From: Bacillota bacterium
GTDB taxonomy: Bacteria; Gemmatimonadota; Gemmatimonadetes; Gemmatimonadales; GWC2-71-9
Assembly: GCA_050257015.1 (NCBI GenBank)
Contig: JBLMWC010000108.1
Coordinates: 1-63,186 of the forward strand
Length of the DNA stretch: 63,186 bases
Direction: 5' to 3'
The notes beneath the pieces are model-generated. The model did not search any database. It saw only the letters and a list, made by a program, of their open reading frames with translations, and was not told the origin of the DNA. The translations under genes and the position numbers were made by a program. Of the stretch, positions 31,558 to 40,751 are shown piece by piece (within the stretch, counting starts at the first letter, position 1; every line of letters begins with the position of its first letter).

Positions 31558-32427
31558 TCAACGCGGAGCGGACGCGTAGCCGCGCAGGCGCGCGAGCATC
31601 GTCCGGTCGTTGGCGGTGTCGTCGCCCTTTGGTGTCTCGAGGATCTTGGGCAGGTGCTCGAAGCGGGGATCGGTCATGATCCGGGCGAACGGTGCCGCGC
31701 CCAGGCTCCCCTCGGCGATCAGCTCGTGGCGGTCGCGGCGGGACGCGAACGGCGTCTTCGAGTCGTTGAGATGCAGGCAGTGCAGGTGCTCGAGCCCGAT
31801 GATCCGGTCCCACTTCTCCCAGACGCCGTCGAAGTCGGTGACCAGGTCGTAGCCGGCGGAATAGAGATGGCAGGTGTCGGCGCAGAAGCCGATCCGGCGG
31901 CGGTATCGCGCGGGGATGCGGTCGCGCAGCTCGGCCAGCTCCTCGAACGTGCTCCCGAGCGCGGTTCCGCATCCGGCGGTAGTTTCGAGGTAGACCATGA
32001 CACTCCCGGGCACCGCCTTGAGCGCCTGCACAATGCCGGCGGCATTGCGTTCGAGCCCGAGCGCGCGATCATCAATGTAGTTGCCCGGGTGCGACACTAC
32101 GCCGGGAATGCCGAGGTACTTGCAGCGCGCGAGCTCCAGGGTGAAAGACTCGACGGAGCGCGCGTTTAGGGCGGCATCAGGGGAGGCGAGGTTGATCAGG
32201 TACGAGTCGTGCGCCACTATACACCGGAGTCCGCTTTCGCCGTACGCGCGCCGGAACGCGTCGCGCGTCTCCCGGGCGATCGGCGGATCCCGCCACTGGT
32301 TCGGCGTCTTGGTGAAAACCTGAATGGCCGAAGCGCCGATATCGGTCGCGCGGGCCGGCGCGGTATGCACGCCTCCCTGGACCGATACATGAGCGCCCAG
32401 CCGTTCCTGATTTGCGGACCGATGCAT
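31558..32427 (-). CDS. nfo: Endonuclease IV (AP endonuclease)
   Basis: LGAHVS, HDSYLINL, HPG, LETTAG, DTCH, HLNDSK, DRHE, ILETP. Confidence 0.95.
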   Translation of the reverse strand: MHRSANQERLGAHVSVQGGVHTAPARATDIGASAIQVFTKTPNQWRDPPIARETRDAFRRAYGESGLRCIVAHDSYLINLASPDAALNARSVESFTLELARCKYLGIPGVVSHPGNYIDDRALGLERNAAGIVQALKAVPGSVMVYLETTAGCGTALGSTFEELAELRDRIPARYRRRIGFCADTCHLYSAGYDLVTDFDGVWEKWDRIIGLEHLHCLHLNDSKTPFASRRDRHELIAEGSLGAAPFARIMTDPRFEHLPKILETPKGDDTANDRTMLARLRGYASAPR

Positions 32428-32438
32428 CAGTCGCTCGC

Positions 32439-33404
32439 TTGATCGATAATCTGCCGTCCAACGGCGCCCGCACTTCCCGGGTCATTCTGCTCGGGGACGC
32501 TTCGGCGCGCCCCGAAGGGCTGGAGCGTGCGCTCGCCCGGGCCGGGCTCAGCATCACCGAGGGCAATGGCGACGTACGCGACGTCGCTCCCGGTCTGATC
32601 CTGGTCACTCTGCGCGAGGTGGACGAGTCGCTTCGCGCCCTCCTCGACGCCGCGGGCGGCGGGGCGGGGGGGAGCCACCCATCGATCGCGCTGATCGCCA
32701 CCGCCGATCCCGGTGCGCCGGCCCGCGCCATGGCGCTCGGCGCCACCGAAGCGCTCGCGGCCCCGATCGATGTCGCCGCGCTCGTCGCCCACATCGCCGC
32801 CCGGCTGGGGGCGGCGCCGGAGCATCCGCGCGGCGGGTATGAGCACGCCGACTCGCCGCGGCGGGCGCGGCCATCCGCTCCCGCGGAACGCAGTGAGAGC
32901 GCAGCTCCCGTCCACGGGTCCGCCGACGCGGGCGATGCCCTCGATGCCCGCCTCCGCGAGGAGTTCGAGCGGGCCCGGCGCTACGCGCTCAGCTTCAGCC
33001 TCATCCTGCTCGACATCGACCAGCTGCCGAGCTACGAGGACCGGCTCGGCCGCGAAGGCACCGACCGGGTGCTGGCGGACGTCGGGGACGTGCTGCGATC
33101 GGGCCTTCGCACTCCCGATTTCGTGAGCCGCTACACCGGCGACGAGTTCGCCGTTCTGCTGCCGGAGACGTCGCTCAGCGGAGCGCGCCAGTCGGTCACC
33201 CGCGTGCGGGAGCGGCTCGGCTCGCATCCCTTCGCGGGGATCGAGCCGGCGGACCGCCCCCGCGTCACCGCCGGCATCGTCACCTTCCCGCATCCCGCCG
33301 CCGAGCGGATCGACGACCTCTTCGCCCTGGCGGAGGCCGCGCTGCTCCGCGCCAGGAGCCAGAGTGGCGACCGGATCGGCACCGCAGAGTCCGCGGCGAC
33401 CTGA
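32439..33404 (+). CDS. Degenerate receiver-like + GGDEF-domain protein
   Basis: LILLDID, RTPD I-site, SRYTGDEF, AEAALLRAR; start uncertain (TTG 32439 or 32412). Confidence 0.8.
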   Translation: MIDNLPSNGARTSRVILLGDASARPEGLERALARAGLSITEGNGDVRDVAPGLILVTLREVDESLRALLDAAGGGAGGSHPSIALIATADPGAPARAMALGATEALAAPIDVAALVAHIAARLGAAPEHPRGGYEHADSPRRARPSAPAERSESAAPVHGSADAGDALDARLREEFERARRYALSFSLILLDIDQLPSYEDRLGREGTDRVLADVGDVLRSGLRTPDFVSRYTGDEFAVLLPETSLSGARQSVTRVRERLGSHPFAGIEPADRPRVTAGIVTFPHPAAERIDDLFALAEAALLRARSQSGDRIGTAESAAT

Positions 33405-33413
33405 TCTCCGCGG

Positions 33414-34631
33414 CTAGCGCCGCCTGAGCCAGTCGGTCGGGTCGAGCGCGATCTGATTTTCTCCGCGAATCTCGAAGTGCAGGTGTGGTCCGTAGTCGGA
33501 ATTCTGTCCGCCGACCGCGCCGATCGTCTCCCCCTTCGCCACCGCAGCGCCGAGCTTCACAGTCGCCGAGTTGAGATGGGAGTAGATCGAGTAGTAGCCG
33601 TTGCCGTGCTCCAGCACGACCGTGAGCCCGTAGGTCCCGAACTGACCCACCAGTCTGACCCGCCCCGAGCTGACGGCATGGATCGGCGTGCCCACCGCCG
33701 CCGCGATGCCGATGCCGTTCCACCGGATGACTCCGCCGCTCGGCAGCGTGTCCCGCCCGAACCGGTAGACGATCCGTCCCTCCACCGGCCAGTCGAGCTT
33801 CCCGATGTCGCTCGTGGTGATGCTGCCCGGCGTCGAGACCGCGGGAACGTTGCCGGCGCGCGGCGCGCGCGCGGCATCCTCGCGCCGGGTGCGCTCGAGG
33901 CTCGCGAGCAGGGTGTTGAGGCGGCTCTGGTCGCGCTCGAGCTCGCTGAGCCGCCGCTCGGTCGAGCGGGCCGAGCGCTGGAGCGCCGCCAGGCGGGTTT
34001 CCTGCTCCTGGGCGATGCGGCCGTAGCGGTCGAGCTCCGCCTCGCGATCCTCCTTCGTCCGGTCGAGCTGCTCCTTCACCGAGACGATCTGCCCCCGCTG
34101 GGAGAGCACCCGCGTGCGGAGCCGCTCCACGTCGGTCACCAGGGCGCGGTCCTGCCGGCTCGTGAGGTAGAGGTACTTGTAGCGGCTCAGCAGGTCGCCG
34201 AACGACTCGGCGGCGAGGAGGACCTGGAAGGTGTAGAGCGGGCCGCGCTTGTAGATCTCCACCAGCCGCCGCTCGAGGACGGCCCGGCGTTCGGCGAGAT
34301 TGTCCTCGGCCAGGATCAGCTCCGTGCTGGAGCGGTCGAGCTGGTTCGAGAGACCGCCGATCTGCCGTTCGATCTCGCTGACGATGCGTCCGGTCGATTC
34401 CCGCCGGCGCTCGAGGTTGTCGAGCTCGTCGGAGACGTCGTGCACCTGCCCGCGAAGCTGCTCTCGCTGACGCTCCAGCCGCTCGCGCTCGTTCTTGATC
34501 TCCTCGAGCCGGCGGCGGCTTTCCGCGAGGTCCCGGGCGGTGCTGTTCTGCTGCGCCGCGGCCGGGTGCGGCGCGAAGGCCACGAGCGACAGCAGGAGCG
34601 CGGGCCCGAAGGCGCGCAGGCTACGCCGCAC
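33414..34631 (-). CDS. envC: Murein hydrolase activator EnvC (coiled coil + degenerate M23)
   Basis: Signal peptide, long coiled coil, WPVEG, WNGIGI, LHFEIR; follows ftsEX. Confidence 0.88.
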   Translation of the reverse strand: MRRSLRAFGPALLLSLVAFAPHPAAAQQNSTARDLAESRRRLEEIKNERERLERQREQLRGQVHDVSDELDNLERRRESTGRIVSEIERQIGGLSNQLDRSSTELILAEDNLAERRAVLERRLVEIYKRGPLYTFQVLLAAESFGDLLSRYKYLYLTSRQDRALVTDVERLRTRVLSQRGQIVSVKEQLDRTKEDREAELDRYGRIAQEQETRLAALQRSARSTERRLSELERDQSRLNTLLASLERTRREDAARAPRAGNVPAVSTPGSITTSDIGKLDWPVEGRIVYRFGRDTLPSGGVIRWNGIGIAAAVGTPIHAVSSGRVRLVGQFGTYGLTVVLEHGNGYYSIYSHLNSATVKLGAAVAKGETIGAVGGQNSDYGPHLHFEIRGENQIALDPTDWLRRR

Positions 34632-35514
34632 GACGATCGGCTTTGCCGCCCATGTGCCGGAGGTGCCGCCCGACACTCAGCAGACTGCCGGCGAATCCCA
34701 TCAGCACGCCGAAGGCGACGATCGTGGCGGCCTGGTACGGCTGGAAGAAGATGATTCCGTTGAACGAGGCGGTGTTCTGGCGGAAGGCGAGATACCCGCC
34801 GTAGCAGAGCGCCACCGCCAGGAGCCCGCCGAGGAGCCCCTTCAGCGCTCCCTCCAGCAGGAAGGGGCCGCGGATGAACCAGTTGGTCGCGCCGACGAGG
34901 CGCATGATGTGGATCTCGCGGGCGCGCTGGAGCAGGGTGAGACGGATGGTGACGCCGATGATCACCATCGCCACCGCGGCGAAGACGAGGCCGATCACCA
35001 GGCCGAGGATCCCGGTCAGGTTGCGGAGGTGGTCGAGCCGCTGGATCCAGTCGCGCCCGTAGCGCACATCCTCGATGAAGCTGAACCCCTTGAGCCGTTC
35101 GGCCACCGCGCCGACATGCGCGGCGTCGCGGTATCCCGGCTTGAGCCGGAGCTCCAGCGACGGCGGGAGGGGATTCACCTGGAGGTCGCGGTAGGCGTCC
35201 CGGAACTCGACCAGCTCGCGCCTGGCGCGGGCCAGCGCCTGCTCCTCGCTCACGTAGTTGACGGCCTGCACCTCGGGGAACGACGCGATGTCGTCGGAGG
35301 CCTGGGCGATCGTCTCCGCCGGCGTGCCCCGCATGATGAAGGCGACGACCTCCACCCGCTCCTCGATCCCCTGGAGCGCCTGCTGCAGGTTGATGGCGAC
35401 GATGCCGAAGAGCCCGATCGTGAAGAGCGAGAAGGCGATCGTCGTGATCGAAAGGCCGGAGAGCATCGGCGCCCGCCGGAACGAGAGGAGCGCCTCGCGG
35501 AAGAGGAGTCTCAT
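34621..35514 (-). CDS. ftsX: Cell division permease FtsX
   Basis: NPLPPS, EIHIMRLVGATNWFIRGPFLLEG; 4 TM layout. Confidence 0.93.
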   Translation of the reverse strand: MRLLFREALLSFRRAPMLSGLSITTIAFSLFTIGLFGIVAINLQQALQGIEERVEVVAFIMRGTPAETIAQASDDIASFPEVQAVNYVSEEQALARARRELVEFRDAYRDLQVNPLPPSLELRLKPGYRDAAHVGAVAERLKGFSFIEDVRYGRDWIQRLDHLRNLTGILGLVIGLVFAAVAMVIIGVTIRLTLLQRAREIHIMRLVGATNWFIRGPFLLEGALKGLLGGLLAVALCYGGYLAFRQNTASFNGIIFFQPYQAATIVAFGVLMGFAGSLLSVGRHLRHMGGKADRRAA

Positions 35515-36200
35515 CGCTCGCCCGCCACGCGCGCTTCCTCGGCGCTGTCATAGACGATCGCGCCGTCCCGCATCTCGATGGTGCGGTATTCACTCTGCCG
35601 GATGAGATCGAGGTCGTGCGTCGCCATCACGACGACGGTGCCGCCCGCGTTGATGTCGCGCAGCAGCTGGAAGACGCCGCGGGTGGCGCGCTCGTCGAGG
35701 TTGCCGGTCGGCTCGTCGGCCAGGAGGATCGCCGGGTCGTTCACCAGCGCCCGCGCCAGCGCGACCCGCTGCTGCTCCCCGCCGGAGAGCTCGCGCGGGT
35801 ACGCCCGGCTCTTCGAGGCCAGTCCCACCTGCGCGAGGACGCGGCTGGCCCGCGCGGCGATCGTGTCCCGCCGGGCGCCGGTCACCTCCAGCGCAAAGGC
35901 GATGTTCTCCGCGGCAGTGCGGTCCTCCAGCAGACGGAAATCCTGGAAGATGATCCCGAGACGGCGGCGGAGGCGGGCGACCGAGTCGCCCCGGAGGGCG
36001 CTCACGACGTGGCCGGAGACGCGGACCTCGCCCGAGGTCGGGCGCTGCTCGGCGTAGAGGAGCTTGAGCAGCGTCGACTTCCCCGCGCCGGAGTGGCCGG
36101 TGAGAAAGACGAACTCGCCGCGCCCGACGTGGAAGGACACGTCCTTCAGTGCGACGGCGCCGTTCGGATACGATTTGTTGACGTGGGAAAGTCGGATCAC
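35511..36200 (-). CDS. ftsE: Cell division ATP-binding protein FtsE
   Basis: FLTGHSGAGKST, IFQDFRLL, LSGGEQQRV, LLADEPTGNLD; GTG 36200. Confidence 0.95.
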   Translation of the reverse strand: MIRLSHVNKSYPNGAVALKDVSFHVGRGEFVFLTGHSGAGKSTLLKLLYAEQRPTSGEVRVSGHVVSALRGDSVARLRRRLGIIFQDFRLLEDRTAAENIAFALEVTGARRDTIAARASRVLAQVGLASKSRAYPRELSGGEQQRVALARALVNDPAILLADEPTGNLDERATRGVFQLLRDINAGGTVVVMATHDLDLIRQSEYRTIEMRDGAIVYDSAEEARVAGER

Positions 36201-36226
36201 GGAGGGAAGATACGAAGCCCCCCGGC

Positions 36227-37378
36227 CTAGCCCAACCCCTCCGCGAGGTCGGCGATGATGTCCTCCGCGTCCTCGATGCCGCAGCTCAGCCGCAGGAAGC
36301 CGTCGGGGATTCCCATCCGGGCGCGGCCGGCCGATCCCATCGCCTTGTGCGAGGTCAGCCGCGGCTCGGACACGAGGCTCTCCACTCCCGCCAGACTCGG
36401 GGCGTGCGTCACCAGCTTGAGCCGGCGGAGCATCCGCTCGGCGGCGGCGACGCCGCCCCGGAGCTCGAGTCCGACCATCCCGCCGAAGCCGTCGAGCATC
36501 GTGCTCGCCCGCGCGTGATCGGGATGGGTGGGAAGACCGGGATAATGCACCTTCGCGATCGCGTCCTGGGTCGAGGCCCAGCGGGCGACGGCCATGCCGT
36601 TGGCGTTGTGGCGCTCCATCCGGACGCCCAGGGTGCGCATGCCGCGGTCCACCAGCCAGGCGGCGTGCGGGTCGATCGCCTGGCCCCAGAGGCGCATCAG
36701 CCGAATCACTTCGTCGACCAGCGAGCTGGTGCCGGCCACGGCGCCGGCGATGACGTCGCTGTGGCCGTTCAGGTACTTGGTCGCGCTCGTGATCACCACG
36801 TCGGCGCCGTGCTCGAGCGGCCGGAAGTTGACCGGGCTCGCGAAGGTGGCGTCCACCAGCAGCGCGAGCCCGAACTCCTTCGCCACCCGCGCGATCGGCG
36901 CCAGATCGAGGATCCGCATCAGCGGATTGGTCGGCGTCTCGAGGAAGATGGCGCGGGTCTCCTTCCGCACCGCCTTCTTCCAGAGCCGCGGTTCCTCGGG
37001 GTCGACGTAGGTAACGGTGATCCCGAAGCGCCCGAGTTCCTGGTCGAAGAGCGCCTGCGTCCCGCCGTAGATCCAGGCGCTCGAGATCAGGTGATCGCCG
37101 GGCCGGAGCACCGCCAGATGCGCCAGCGCCGTCGCCCCCATCCCGCTCGCGACGAAGACGGCGGTCTCCGCCCCTTCGAGGAGGGCGTACTTGCGGGCGA
37201 GGTCGAGCTGGGTGGGATTGTTGCCGTAGCGGGTGTAGAGGACCTCCTCGTCCGATCCGACCGGATTGACGAAGGTGGTGCTCTGCAGCAGCGCCGGGGC
37301 GACGGGGCTCCAGTCGGGCCGGCGGTGCGGCTCGCCGTGGATCGCGGTGGTGCTCAGGCCGAAGCGGCGGCGGCTCAC
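36227..37378 (-). CDS. Cys/Met metabolism PLP enzyme (cystathionine/methionine gamma-lyase family)
   Basis: YTRYGNNPT, ASGMGA, ETPTNP, VDATFASP, SATKYLNGHSD, RLSCGIED. Confidence 0.9.
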   Translation of the reverse strand: MSRRRFGLSTTAIHGEPHRRPDWSPVAPALLQSTTFVNPVGSDEEVLYTRYGNNPTQLDLARKYALLEGAETAVFVASGMGATALAHLAVLRPGDHLISSAWIYGGTQALFDQELGRFGITVTYVDPEEPRLWKKAVRKETRAIFLETPTNPLMRILDLAPIARVAKEFGLALLVDATFASPVNFRPLEHGADVVITSATKYLNGHSDVIAGAVAGTSSLVDEVIRLMRLWGQAIDPHAAWLVDRGMRTLGVRMERHNANGMAVARWASTQDAIAKVHYPGLPTHPDHARASTMLDGFGGMVGLELRGGVAAAERMLRRLKLVTHAPSLAGVESLVSEPRLTSHKAMGSAGRARMGIPDGFLRLSCGIEDAEDIIADLAEGLG

Positions 37379-37917
37379 GCGACGAGCAGCGGATGGAAGT
37401 CGCCGCCGCGGACGCGCACCAGCCGCAGCGCCGCCAGCGACCGCAGGGTGCGCAGGGCGCGCCCTTCCGCCCAGGCGAGTGCCTCGGCCACGACGCCGGC
37501 GTTGACCGGGCCGCGCTCGGTGACGCAGGCGAACGCCCGCCGCCCGTCCGGGTCGACTGCGCCGAGGACGTCGAGCGCGGCGGAGCCGGCGCTCCGGGCG
37601 GCGACCGCGAGGCGGTGGTGATTGAGCACGTGGTCGATCGCCTCCACCTGGTTCTCGTCGAGGCCCCAGAGCACGACATAGCGCTCGCTCGACGGAGCGG
37701 AGAGGAGCAGCAGCTTGGCGACGATTTCGTCGGCGCAGCTGAGATCGAGCAGCTCGACGTCGGAGAAGTCGAGCAGTGCCACATGGCAGCCCGAGTCCCG
37801 CATGGTGCGCTCTATCCGGCCGCGGACGGCCGCACCGGTCGGGCGGGTGACGAGATTGCGGTACGGGGTGGTGACGGCCTCGCGCAGGACGTGGCCCAGA
37901 CAGATGGTCTGGATCAC
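37375..37917 (-). CDS. STAS-like (DUF4325-type) domain + C-terminal winged-helix protein
   Basis: LVTRPTG, LLDFSDVELLDLSCADEIV STAS-like motif; C-terminal VNAGVVAEALAW..RALRTLRSLAALRLV HTH-like; GTGA overlaps on both sides. Confidence 0.7.
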   Translation of the reverse strand: MIQTICLGHVLREAVTTPYRNLVTRPTGAAVRGRIERTMRDSGCHVALLDFSDVELLDLSCADEIVAKLLLLSAPSSERYVVLWGLDENQVEAIDHVLNHHRLAVAARSAGSAALDVLGAVDPDGRRAFACVTERGPVNAGVVAEALAWAEGRALRTLRSLAALRLVRVRGGDFHPLLVA

Positions 37918-38807
37918 CGGGGGGCCTGCGCGGGGAGGATCACCTGCACCTGTGATCCGGGGAAGTAAGGGAGCTGCTCGGTCATCGGAACATCCTCCCG
38001 GTCCCAGTGCGGGACGTTGGCCAGCCGCGCAGTGCCGCTTCGAATGGTAATCTTGCCGTCCCATCGACTGAGATAGCGCTTGATGCCCGCCAGGCCCTGG
38101 CCCCGTCCGGGATCACGGAACCGGCTCACGTTCTGAATCCACGCCGCCTCGAGCGCGGTGGCATCGCTCCAGCGGTCGCCGAAGCGCTTGGCCTGGGTCG
38201 GCTCGAGCGAGCGGCGGAACCCGATGCCGGCATCGCTCACGGCGATCACCACGACGCGCGTCCCGATCCGCCGGCGCCAGTCATACGCCTGCACCGCGAC
38301 CCATCCGCTGGTGCCGGCGTGCTCGACAATATTCTGACATGACTCCGAGAGCGCCATAGAGAAGCCCATCGTGGCCTTCGCCTCGAGGCCCAGCTCGGTC
38401 AGAATCCGCGACGCGCCCTCCTGAACCCGGCCCACGACCTCGTGGACGTCGTCGCTTCCGCGGATCGGCGTTACCTCGAGCAGGGTGTCGCTGGGGCCGG
38501 TTGCCGCCCGGGGCACCTTGCCGTGCACCTCGAAGAGCTCGGGGGCGTGGCGCAGGAACCCGACGCGCGCCCAGTAGCGCCGCACATCCTCCGACGCCGG
38601 CAGGTACAGGATCGGCGCTTCCCCCTTGCTCTCGGCCACCGCCTGCGCCGCGGTGAGCATGGCGACGAAGCCGTAGGGCGAGACCCAGGTCGTCGCGCGG
38701 GCGTCGAACAGCAGGCGCTCCTCCGCCGGCCAGGTGCCGAAGGCGGCGGCGAACTGGTCCATCGCCCGGTCGTCGAAGCTGGTCGGAATCTCGACGATTC
38801 GAGTCAC
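37914..38807 (-). CDS. STAS-like + GHKL (HATPase_c) protein; anti-sigma/Ser-kinase-like
   Basis: N box ESCQNIVEHA, G1 VSDAGIG, G2 GRGQGL; no HisKA H-box; N-terminal FDAR..WVSPYG. Confidence 0.78.
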   Translation of the reverse strand: MTRIVEIPTSFDDRAMDQFAAAFGTWPAEERLLFDARATTWVSPYGFVAMLTAAQAVAESKGEAPILYLPASEDVRRYWARVGFLRHAPELFEVHGKVPRAATGPSDTLLEVTPIRGSDDVHEVVGRVQEGASRILTELGLEAKATMGFSMALSESCQNIVEHAGTSGWVAVQAYDWRRRIGTRVVVIAVSDAGIGFRRSLEPTQAKRFGDRWSDATALEAAWIQNVSRFRDPGRGQGLAGIKRYLSRWDGKITIRSGTARLANVPHWDREDVPMTEQLPYFPGSQVQVILPAQAPR

Positions 38808-39790
38808 GGCGTCACCAGCTCCCCGCGCAGGTGCTGCGAGAGCCCGCTGGCGCCCCGGAAGCCGACGTTGCGCGTCGCCATGCGTGTCGCCTCGTGAAGC
38901 GCGGTCTCGGTCTCGTCACCGGCGAGGAGCCGGGCAAAGAGCGCGGCGCCGAAGACGTCGCCGCAGCCGGTCGGATCGAGCGATTCGGCCGCCGGGGCGG
39001 GGATCAGCGCGGTGCGGACCGCGGCACCCCGGGACCGCGACGCGGCCGACGGCGCCGAGTGTCCCGGCCGGCCGGCGGCCGGCCAGCCATTGAACCCGGG
39101 GTCGGCGACGTAGGCCGCACCCTTCGGGCCCAGCGTCACCACCATGAGGCGCACCCCGGCGCCGAGCGCATCCGCCGCGAGGGCGAGCGGATCGCCGGAG
39201 AGCTGCCGCATCTCATCCTCGTTGAGCTGGACCACGTCGAAGCAGCCGAACCAGGACGGCGCGTCGGGGAGTGGCCGCAGGACCCGAACGCCGTCGTGCT
39301 GCATCCCCAGAAAGAGACTGTGCAGGTCGGCGTAGAGCGGGCCATGGAACCCATGGCGGAGCGCCTGCGCCGTGCCAAGACACATCTCGTACCCGGAGAT
39401 GAAATTGACGTAGACCGCGTCGAGGTCCCGAACCATGGGGCCGAGCTCGGCCCACGTCCAGCCCGGGACGCCGCCCGCCATCCGCTCGCACCGGCGTTCG
39501 CTCGACTCGTAGTGCAGGACGACGCGATTGTTGGGCGCCTCGACCTCGACGCAGCGCGCCCCTGCGCTCATGCGCGGCAGGGTGCGGAGGAACTCCGCCG
39601 CCCGCCGGCTCATGTCGCGGCCCACCTTGATCAGCGGAACGAACTCCCAGTCGTCGCCGAGGGCGGCGTCCATGCCGGCGAGCGCGTAGGCGATGCCGCC
39701 CCACTCCTCGACCGGGGCGGCGAGTGGATCGCGCCCGTGGATCACGTCCCATACCAGCGACCCGACGATGCCGACCTTAGGCACCGGCAC
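38804..39790 (-). CDS. PfkB-family carbohydrate kinase
   Basis: QLNEDE, VVTLGPKGA, DPTGCGDVFGAA signature. Confidence 0.85.
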   Translation of the reverse strand: MPVPKVGIVGSLVWDVIHGRDPLAAPVEEWGGIAYALAGMDAALGDDWEFVPLIKVGRDMSRRAAEFLRTLPRMSAGARCVEVEAPNNRVVLHYESSERRCERMAGGVPGWTWAELGPMVRDLDAVYVNFISGYEMCLGTAQALRHGFHGPLYADLHSLFLGMQHDGVRVLRPLPDAPSWFGCFDVVQLNEDEMRQLSGDPLALAADALGAGVRLMVVTLGPKGAAYVADPGFNGWPAAGRPGHSAPSAASRSRGAAVRTALIPAPAAESLDPTGCGDVFGAALFARLLAGDETETALHEATRMATRNVGFRGASGLSQHLRGELVTP

Positions 39791-40751
39791 GTCCGGAATG
39801 GAGGAACGCGAGCGCGGCGCCGTGCACGCCCGGGGCTTCGAGCTCGCCCGGGAGGATGCGGCACGCCGCCACCGCCGGCTTGAAGGCGCGGCGGGTCACT
39901 TCCCGGCGGAGCGGCACGAAGAGGAGGTCGCCGGCGCCGGTCACGCCGCCGCAGACGACCACGGCCTCGGGATTGAAGATGTTGATGAGGTTCGCGATGC
40001 CGGAGCCGAGAAAGCGGGCGGTCTCCCCCACCACCTCGCGGGCCAGCTCGTCGCCGTCGTGGGCCGCTTCGTAGACGGTCTGGGCGGTGATCGCCTCGAG
40101 CCGGCCGCCGGCGCGTGCGACGAGGCTGGTCTCGGCGCCGGCCTCGATCGCCTCGACGGCGCGCCGGGCGATCGCCGGGCCCGACGCATACGCCTCGAGG
40201 CATCCGTCGTTGCCGCACTTGCAGCGGCGGCCGTTGGCATCGATGGACGCGTGGCCGATCTCGCCGGCGCAGTCGGAGGCACCGTGATAGAGCCGGCCCT
40301 CCAGGATGATGCCGCCGCCGATGCCGGTGCCGATGGTGATGCCGAGGGCATGGCGGGTGCCGCGCGCAGCCCCCATCCACCATTCGCCGAGCACGGCGCA
40401 GTTGGCGTCGTTGTCGAGCGCCGCACTGAGCCCGGTGCCCGCTTCGATCCGGTCCCGCAGCGGAAAGTTGACCCACCCGAGATTCGGCGTGAGGTGGACG
40501 ATGCCGCGCGCGGTGTCGAGCGGTCCCGGCGCGCCGACGCCGACGCCGAGACAGGTCGAGCCAGGCTCGGCCGCCTCGGTGCGGCGGATGACCTCGCGAG
40601 CCAGGGCGCAGATCCGGTTCACGACGTCGTCCGCGCCGCCTTCCGGCCGGGTCGGCTCGTTCAGCAGCACGCCGATGCGGCTCCCGTCCTCGGCCACGCT
40701 GCCGATGGAGAAGCTGGTGCCGCCGATGTCGACACCCAGGACGTATCGCAT
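39777..40751 (-). CDS. ROK-family sugar kinase (glucokinase-like)
   Basis: GVDIGGT, DNDANCA, GTGIGGG, GEIGH, CKCGNDGCLE; ATG 40751 overlaps lepA stop. Confidence 0.92.
   Translation of the reverse strand: MRYVLGVDIGGTSFSIGSVAEDGSRIGVLLNEPTRPEGGADDVVNRICALAREVIRRTEAAEPGSTCLGVGVGAPGPLDTARGIVHLTPNLGWVNFPLRDRIEAGTGLSAALDNDANCAVLGEWWMGAARGTRHALGITIGTGIGGGIILEGRLYHGASDCAGEIGHASIDANGRRCKCGNDGCLEAYASGPAIARRAVEAIEAGAETSLVARAGGRLEAITAQTVYEAAHDGDELAREVVGETARFLGSGIANLINIFNPEAVVVCGGVTGAGDLLFVPLRREVTRRAFKPAVAACRILPGELEAPGVHGAALAFLHSGRAGA

Noticed and set aside
35511-37784. 757-aa FtsE fusion suggested by the ORF track (likewise N-extended maeB, ROK, ZnuB and PNPOx ORFs)
   Set aside because: The extensions are off-frame read-through of upstream genes; family homology starts at the downstream start codons
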